A stretch of 42,645 bases of DNA. It comes from Fimicolochytrium jonesii (Eukaryota). Made by a program: the position numbers and the translations under genes. Every line of letters begins with the position of its first letter. Positions within the stretch are counted from its first letter, which is position 1. The DNA lies in NCBI RefSeq assembly GCF_025526975.1, contig NW_026515680.1, forward strand, positions 744,001 to 786,645, written 5' to 3'. Shown one piece after another: positions 36,058-42,645 of this stretch. The notes beneath the pieces were generated by a model that was not told the origin of the DNA, made no database searches, and saw only the letters and a list, made by a program, of their open reading frames with translations.

Positions 36058-37064
36058 ATGTCCCAATCCGAATCCGTACCTTTCACCGCCAAGCAATGGA
36101 ATGATATGTGCCAAGCCATTGCCGCCTTGCAAAGCCAAAACGCCAACTTGCAGGCCAACCTAGCCCAAGCCCAAGCCGACGCACAAGCTGCCCAGAACAT
36201 TGCTCCCAGGTCCAAGCCAATGCGTTCACCCGTCCTCAAGTCACCAACCCTGCTCCCAGAGCTCTGGAGCCAAGAATCAGCTTGCCTGAGAAGTTTGATG
36301 GTACCCGCAGCAAATTCCGTGGGTGGTTGAACAACATCCGGTTGATGTTTGCTTTCCAGCCCGACCGCTACCCCAGCGACATCATCAAGATCCAAACAAT
36401 TGGCACCTACCTCACCGGCACTGCGCAAGCCTGGATGGCGCCCCTAGTCAAACGCCAAGATCACAGCCTTCAGAACTTCTATAGTTTTATCGGTCAGATG
36501 CAATCTGTCTTCGGAGACAGCGACAGTGTCCGCACCTCCGAGAACAAGCTCCAGAACCTTCGCCAAACCCGTGCAGCCACCTAGTACATCGCCGAGTTCC
36601 GCCAGCTACAATGCAATGTCTCCTGGAATGACCAGGCCCTGATTGCTACCTTCTGCCGTGGCCTCAAAGAGGACGTCAAGGATCTGATGCTCACAATGCC
36701 TCCTGCTGCCACCATTGATACGGTGATGGAGCAGGCGATCCAGTGCCATAACCAACTGTTTGAGCGCCGCCTGGAGCGAAACAGAAGCCGCCAGACCTTC
36801 CCGGTTTCCCATACCTCGTTTACTACTACCACCACTGTCGACCACAGCGAGCCTATGCAGATTGACGCCACTCGTCCCCGCGGCGCTCTGAGCCCCCAGG
36901 AACGCCAACACCGCATTTCCAACAACCTCTGCCTCTACTGCGGTGGCGCAGGGCACATTGCAAAGGCCTGCCCAGCCAAGAACAGGACCACCACCCGTGC
37001 CGCCAACGTCGACATCAAAGAACCCTCCACCGAACAGGGTTTTCCCAAAGTCCAGCCGCAGTAA
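36058..37064 (+). pseudogene. gag: gag, unit 2, with a frameshift near 36205 and TAG at 36582-36584
   Basis: Colinear with unit 1 gag; 1-nt deletion and 9-nt insertion relative to unit 1. Confidence 0.9.
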
Positions 37065-40000
37065 AGCCCCAGCGACTGGACAACACACACCGCCCCAGGC
37101 CTCCTAACCTCGCAGCTCCTGCAACGGGAGAGGCCACCCCCCTGGTTCCCGACTCCGTTATAGCCGACACAACCCTCCTAGCCGCTGCCCATGTCGAAAA
37201 CTCCGTAATTAACCCCCGCGCCATGTTTGCGCTGGGTCCCGTCGAACCCTTCAACTACCCCGTTACCATCATGGTATCATCCAGCCGCGCCCCGATACCT
37301 ACCTCAGCCATGATCGACATCGGTGCCCTGTCCTGCTTCATCGACAGAGACTTTGCCCGCAAACACCGCATCTCCCTAGTCCCGCATCAGCGTCCACTGA
37401 CGATCGAACTCGTTGACAGTCAACCCAGCTCTGCTGGGCCAATCACCCATCACACCCAACCAGTAGGCATGTGGGTCGACGACCACTTCGAAGACCTCGT
37501 CTTCCATGTCACCAAATCACCCCATGCTCCAATCCTCCTCGGTCTCCCCTGGCTCCGCCTCCACGACATTAACCTTGACTTCAAGAACCTTTCGGTTGGT
37601 TTCCGTTGCGACTGTCAGTACCATGAATTCGCGAATTGGGACAACTTTCCAGCACCCCCGAGCCCAGCACCCGCCAGAACCCCCGAGCCCTTGATCCGCA
37701 TCCCCCAGGATGAAGTCCCCGTCGACAAAACATGGTCGATTCCAGTACCCAAGGTATCTCGCTCCAGCACCCCAGAACCGGCTCCCACGCCGCTCCAAGT
37801 CTTGTTCATCTCCGCCCCAGCCTTCCGGGTCGCAGCAAGGCATGACCAGTTCTTTGTCGCCTACGCCAACCCTGCGAAACCCGAGCTCCCAGCCTCGCCT
37901 AGCCCCAGTACCCCCCCGACACCCGAGAAAGACATCAAAGACTTCCTGCCCCCCGAGTATCAAGACTTCGCCGACGTTTTCGAAAAGAGAAATGCTGACA
38001 CTCTCCCCAAGCACCGGCACTACGACTGTCCAATCGATCTGGAAGAAGGCAAGCAGCCACCTTTCGGCCCGATCTACAGCCTCAGCGAACCAGAAATGAA
38101 GGCACTCTGCGAATACCTTGAAGAAAACCTCGCCAAAGGATTCATCAAACCCTCAAAGTCCCCTGCCGGGGCGCCAGTCTTATTCCTGAAGAGAAAGGAT
38201 GGTTCTCTCCGCCTCTGCGTCGATTATCGAGGCCTGAACAGCATCACGGTGAAGAATCACTACCCCCTGCCCCTGATCAACGGTATCATGGATCGTTTGC
38301 GCGGCGCCCGCCGTCTCACCAAGATCGACCTCCGCGGCGCTTATAACCTCTTACGCATGCGCCCGGGCGATGAATGGAAGACCGCCTTCCGCTGCCGCTA
38401 CGGCCTATTCGAATACAATGTCATGCCCTTTGGACTCAGCAATGCTCCTGGCGTCTTCCAGTACCTGATGAACGACATCTTCTGCGACATTCTCGATGTG
38501 TTTGTTGTCGTCTACCTCAACGATATCCTGATATTCTCCAAGAACCCCAAAGATCACCCCAAACATGTCCGCGAAGTCTTGTCCCGCCTCCGACAGCATG
38601 GGTTGTACGCCAAACCAGAGAAGTGCAAATTCAACCGCGAATCCGTTGAGTTCCTAGGCTTCATCATCTCCGAGAAAGGCATCCAGATGGACCCCAAGAA
38701 GATCGCTGCCATCACGGATTGGGAACCTCCCAAGACTGTCAAAGGCGTCCAGCGGTTCCTCGGCTTTGCCAACTTCTATCGCCGATTCATCCAAGGTTAT
38801 TCCAAGATCGCTACCCCGCTCACAGCCCTGACCCGGAAAGACATCCCGTACGCCTGGACACCCGCCGCAAACACCGCCTTCGACAACCTGAAGAAAGCAT
38901 TCACCACCGCCCCCATCCTTGCTCACCCTGACCCAGAGAAGCCCTTCGTCGTCGAAACTGACACCTCCAACTTCGCTCTTGGCGCAGTTCTCCTCCAACC
39001 TGACCAGGACAATCAGCTCCACCCCGTGGCCTTCCACTCTCGCAAATTCACGGCCGAAGAGATCAACTACGAGATCTACGACAAGGAACTTCTGGCCATC
39101 CAAGACTCCTTTGCCCAGTGGCGACACCATCTCATTGGCGCCCGTCACAAGATCACCGTTTACTCCGACCATCAAAACCTTCAGTACTTCATGACCACCC
39201 GCAACCTGAACCGCCGCCAAGCCCGCTGGTCGATATTCTTCTCGGATTTTGACTTTGTCATTACCTATCGCCCCGGTTCCCAGCAGCACCAAGCCGATGC
39301 CCTCTCCCGACGCTCCAAACATGAGCTAAAAAAGGGGGAAGAAGCGTTCCGCTCCCAGGCAACCACAATTTTGACTCCCGAACGCCTTCGACTCGCCGCG
39401 GCCTACCTCACACCCATGGATACCACGCTGCTTGACAAGATTAAGGCCGCCCAGGCCTCTGATCCCCTTGCTAAGACCATTCGCAAACAGCTCAAGATAC
39501 CCCTCGCCCAACGAACTGAGGAAACCCAAGATCGTATCAAGCGGTTCTCAGATGAAGATGGGATCCTGCTGCACGATAACCTGGTCTATGTCCCCACCAA
39601 CGAGCTCCGAGCTGAAGTCTGCCACAACATGCACGATACACCCCTAGCCGGCCACTTTGGGATGTCCAAGACGCTCAAACTCGCCTCCCACAACTACTGG
39701 TGGCCCAGCCAGTGGCGCTTCGTCAAGGCCTACGTCAAGTCCTGCGATACCTGTAGCCAAGCGAAATCCAGTCGACACAAACCATACGGCCTACTCCAGC
39801 CCAACAGTATCCCTACCCGCCCTTGAGGATCTTGGTCCCTGGACTTTATCACCGGTCTGCCTCCCGTGGACGGGTACGACTCCATCCTGAACGTCAACTG
39901 TCGCCTCACCAAGATGGCCCACTTCATCGCCTGCAGCAAGTCAGAATCCGCCGAATCCACCGCCGACCTAGTCTTCCACAACAGTCATCCGTCTCCACGG

Positions 40001-40949
40001 CCTCCCCGACGACGTCATCTCTGACCGAGGACCCCAGTTTAAGTCCCGGTTCTGGCGTCGACTTCTCGAACTCCTTGGGGCAAAAGCCAACCTCTCCTCG
40101 GCCTTCCACCCCCAGAGCGATGGCCAGACGGAACGCACCAACCAGATCCTGGAGCAGTATCTCCGATGCTTTTGCAACCACCAACAGGACAACTGGAAAC
40201 AGCTTCTGTCGTCCGCCGAGTTCGCCTACAACAACACCCACCAGTCCGCCTCCCAGACCACCCCCTTCTACGCCAACAAGGGTCTCCACCCCCGCTTCAG
40301 TTTCGCGGCCTCTGCTACCTCCGAATCCGTCAACCCCGCCGCTGAAGCCCGCGCTAAACAAATCAGGGAAGTCCATGAACAGCTCGCCCTCGAGCTCAAG
40401 GAAGCCCAAGATCAAATGAAGCGCTACGCCGACGCTAAACGAATTCCTGGACCGGACTTCAAGCCTGGCGACCACGTCTGGCTCCTCCGCAAAAACCTCC
40501 AGACAACCCGGCCCTCTCAGAAACTCGACCATCGCAAGATTGGGCCATTCCCCATCGTTGAAAAAATCAATCCCGTCGCCTACCGGCTCAAGCTCCCGCC
40601 TACGTACAAAATCCACGATGTCTTCCATGTCTCGCTCCTCGAACCCCGCTTCACCATCCCCGAACGACACGAACCCGAACCCGCGCCCCCAGAGACCGTT
40701 GAGGGTCAAGAAGAGTGGGTTGTCGAAGCCATCCTTGACTCTCGCATCCATTGTCGTCGCCTTCAGTACTTGGTCAAATGGCAGGGCTGGCCTGACTCCG
40801 AGAACACCTGGGTGCCCGTGGAACACCTCACCCATACCGACGCACTCCTCCAGGACTTCCACAGCGCGTACCCCAACAAGCCTTCCTCTGTCCCCGTAGC
40901 ACCTCCTCTGGGGCCACACCAAACTCGACGCCGCCGCCGCCGCCGCTAG
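37037..40949 (+). pseudogene. pol: pol, unit 2, disrupted
   Basis: Protease motif DIGA; RT motif YLND instead of YLDD; TGG>TGA at 39824-39826; 1-nt insertion near 39983; chromodomain intact. Confidence 0.92.
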
Positions 40950-40961
40950 AGAGAGGGGTGA

Positions 40962-42030
40962 TGTTATGGACGACGCGCCCATACCATAAGCTTACCTACT
41001 GACAGCCGCCAATGTCAACCGCCAAATGTCAAACGCCAATGTCAATGTCAATGTCAGTGTCAATGTCAGTGTCAATGTCAATGTCAATGCCACTCCCCCT
41101 CTCTCCTCTCATTTCGCCAATCCTCTTGCAATATCGCCACTCCTCCTCTCTCCTCTCATTTCGCCAATCCCCCCTTGGCTTCTCCACACCCCCCACTACT
41201 TCCCCATAGCCAGCAGCTGTAGCAATGCTCTCTACGCTCGCCACGCACGCTCTAGGAGCATAGCTGGCGCCCCCCCAGTCCCCTCTTGTTGCTGTTGTTC
41301 TCTGGCCTGCTGGGTTGCCTATCTATAAATAGCCGGCCTCTCTTCGTCCATTCCCTTCCTCCCCAGCAGATCAACACCAGTTCTTCTCATCTCCTGTTCT
41401 TGTTATGGACGATGCGCCCAGACCATAAGCTTACCTACTGACAGCCACCAATGTCAACCGCCAATGTCAATGTCAATGTCAGTGTCAATGTCAGTGTCAA
41501 TGTCAATGTCAATGCCACTCCCCCTCTCTCCTCTCATTTCGCCAATCCTCCCGCAATATCGCCACTCCTCCTCTCTCCTCTCATTTCTCCAATCCCCCCT
41601 CGGCTTCTCCACACCCCCCACTACTTCTCCATAGCCAGCAGCTGTAGCAATGCTCTCTACGCTCGCCACGCACGCTCTAGGAGCATAGCTGGCGCCCCCC
41701 CAGTCCCCTCTTGTTGTTGTTGTTCTCTGATCTGCTGGGTTGCCTATCTATAAATAGCCGGCCTCTCTTCGTCCATTCCCTTCCTCCCCAGCAGATCAAC
41801 ACCAGTTCTTCTCATCTCCTGTTCTAGTCCTTGTTTCTTGTTTCGCCAATACAATCTCTTGTCGCCTATCACACTCGCCCTGTCTTCTCTACTTCGCTTC
41901 CGCCCCCGTCGTCGAGATCATAACAGTTCTAGTCCTTGTTTCTTGTTTCGCCAATACAATCTCTTGTCGCAAATCACTCTCGCCTTGTCTTCTCTACTTC
42001 GCTTCCGCCTCAGTCCTCGAGATCATAACC
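40962..42030 (+). repeat. Composite LTR 3: A3 (40962-41400) + B3 (41401-41925) + GTTCT/U5 (41926-42030)
   Basis: Appears identical to composite LTR 2. GTTCT at 41396-41400 and 41926-41930. Confidence 0.9.
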
Positions 42031-42098
42031 GTTTGATCTGCTCCAACACTGCGAAGTTCAGAACCCGTCCAGCCCTGCATCTGCCACACCTTTTCGCC

Positions 42099-42645
42099 AT
42101 GTCCCAATCCGAATCCGTACCTTTCACCGCCAAGCAATGGAATGATATGTGCCAAGCCATTGCCGCCTTGCAAAGCCAAAACGCCAACTTGCAGGCCAAC
42201 CTAGCCCAAGCCCAAGCCGACGCACAAGCTGCCCAGAACATTGCTCCCAGGTCCAAGCCAATGCGTTCACCCGTCCTCAAGTCACCAACCCTGCTCCCAG
42301 AGCTCTGGAGCCAAGAATCAGCTTGCCTGAGAAGTTTGATGGTACCCGCAGCAAATTCCGTGGGTGGTTGAACAACATCCGGTTGATGTTTGCTTTCCAG
42401 CCCGACCGCTACCCCAGCGACATCATCAAGATCCAAACAATTGGCACCTACCTCACCGGCACTGCGCAAGCCTGGATGGCGCCCCTAGTCAAACGCCAAG
42501 ATCACAGCCTTCAGAACTTCTATAGTTTTATCGGTCAGATGCAATCTGTCTTCGGAGACAGCGACAGTGTCCGCACCTCCGAGAACAAGCTCCAGAACCT
42601 TCGCCAAACCCGTGCAGCCACCTAGTACATCGCCGAGTTCCGCCA
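42099..42645 (+). pseudogene. gag: gag, unit 3, partial, with the same lesions as unit 2
   Basis: Matches unit 2 at offset 6041; TAG at 42623-42625. Confidence 0.9.

Larger units (their letters stand above)
28997..42645 (+). mobile_element. Head-to-tail array of a Ty3/Gypsy chromovirus LTR retrotransposon: two full internal regions and the start of a third, running off the window
   Basis: Each unit has gag (CCHC), protease, RT, RNase H, integrase (HHCC, DDE, GPF) and chromodomain in Gypsy order. LTR blocks start at 28997, 34921 and 40962 (periods 5924 and 6041 bp). Confidence 0.97.

Overview
Eukaryotic genomic DNA with short GT-AG introns. It is probably from an early-diverging fungus such as a chytrid; this is inferred from gene content and intron style. 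Bases 1-28.3 kb are gene-dense: WBP11 (5'-partial), COX6A, ATP5/OSCP, a Nudix hydrolase, an orphan SEC15-like fragment, a secreted A1 aspartic protease, mitochondrial TyrRS, MDJ1, CUL4, a 4-LIM paxillin-like protein, ARP4, NSE3 and an MSS116-like helicase. From 28997 to the end lies a head-to-tail array (period about 6 kb, at least 2.3 units) of a Ty3/Gypsy chromovirus. It has TGTTATG...CATAACA LTRs, a Tf1-type self-priming PBS, a canonical -1 frameshift signal and a chromodomain integrase. Main finding: every junction in the array is an LTR interrupted at the same nucleotide by another LTR of the same family, with a 5-bp GTTCT target-site duplication visible at two junctions. This suggests an element that integrates into its own LTR. 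Other signals are CpG-biased decay of the copies, GAGCG-N-AGCGA motif arrays in introns of two head-to-head OXPHOS genes, and C/A-to-G/T compositional flips within exons. All gene models and comparisons were made by eye, without database searches.
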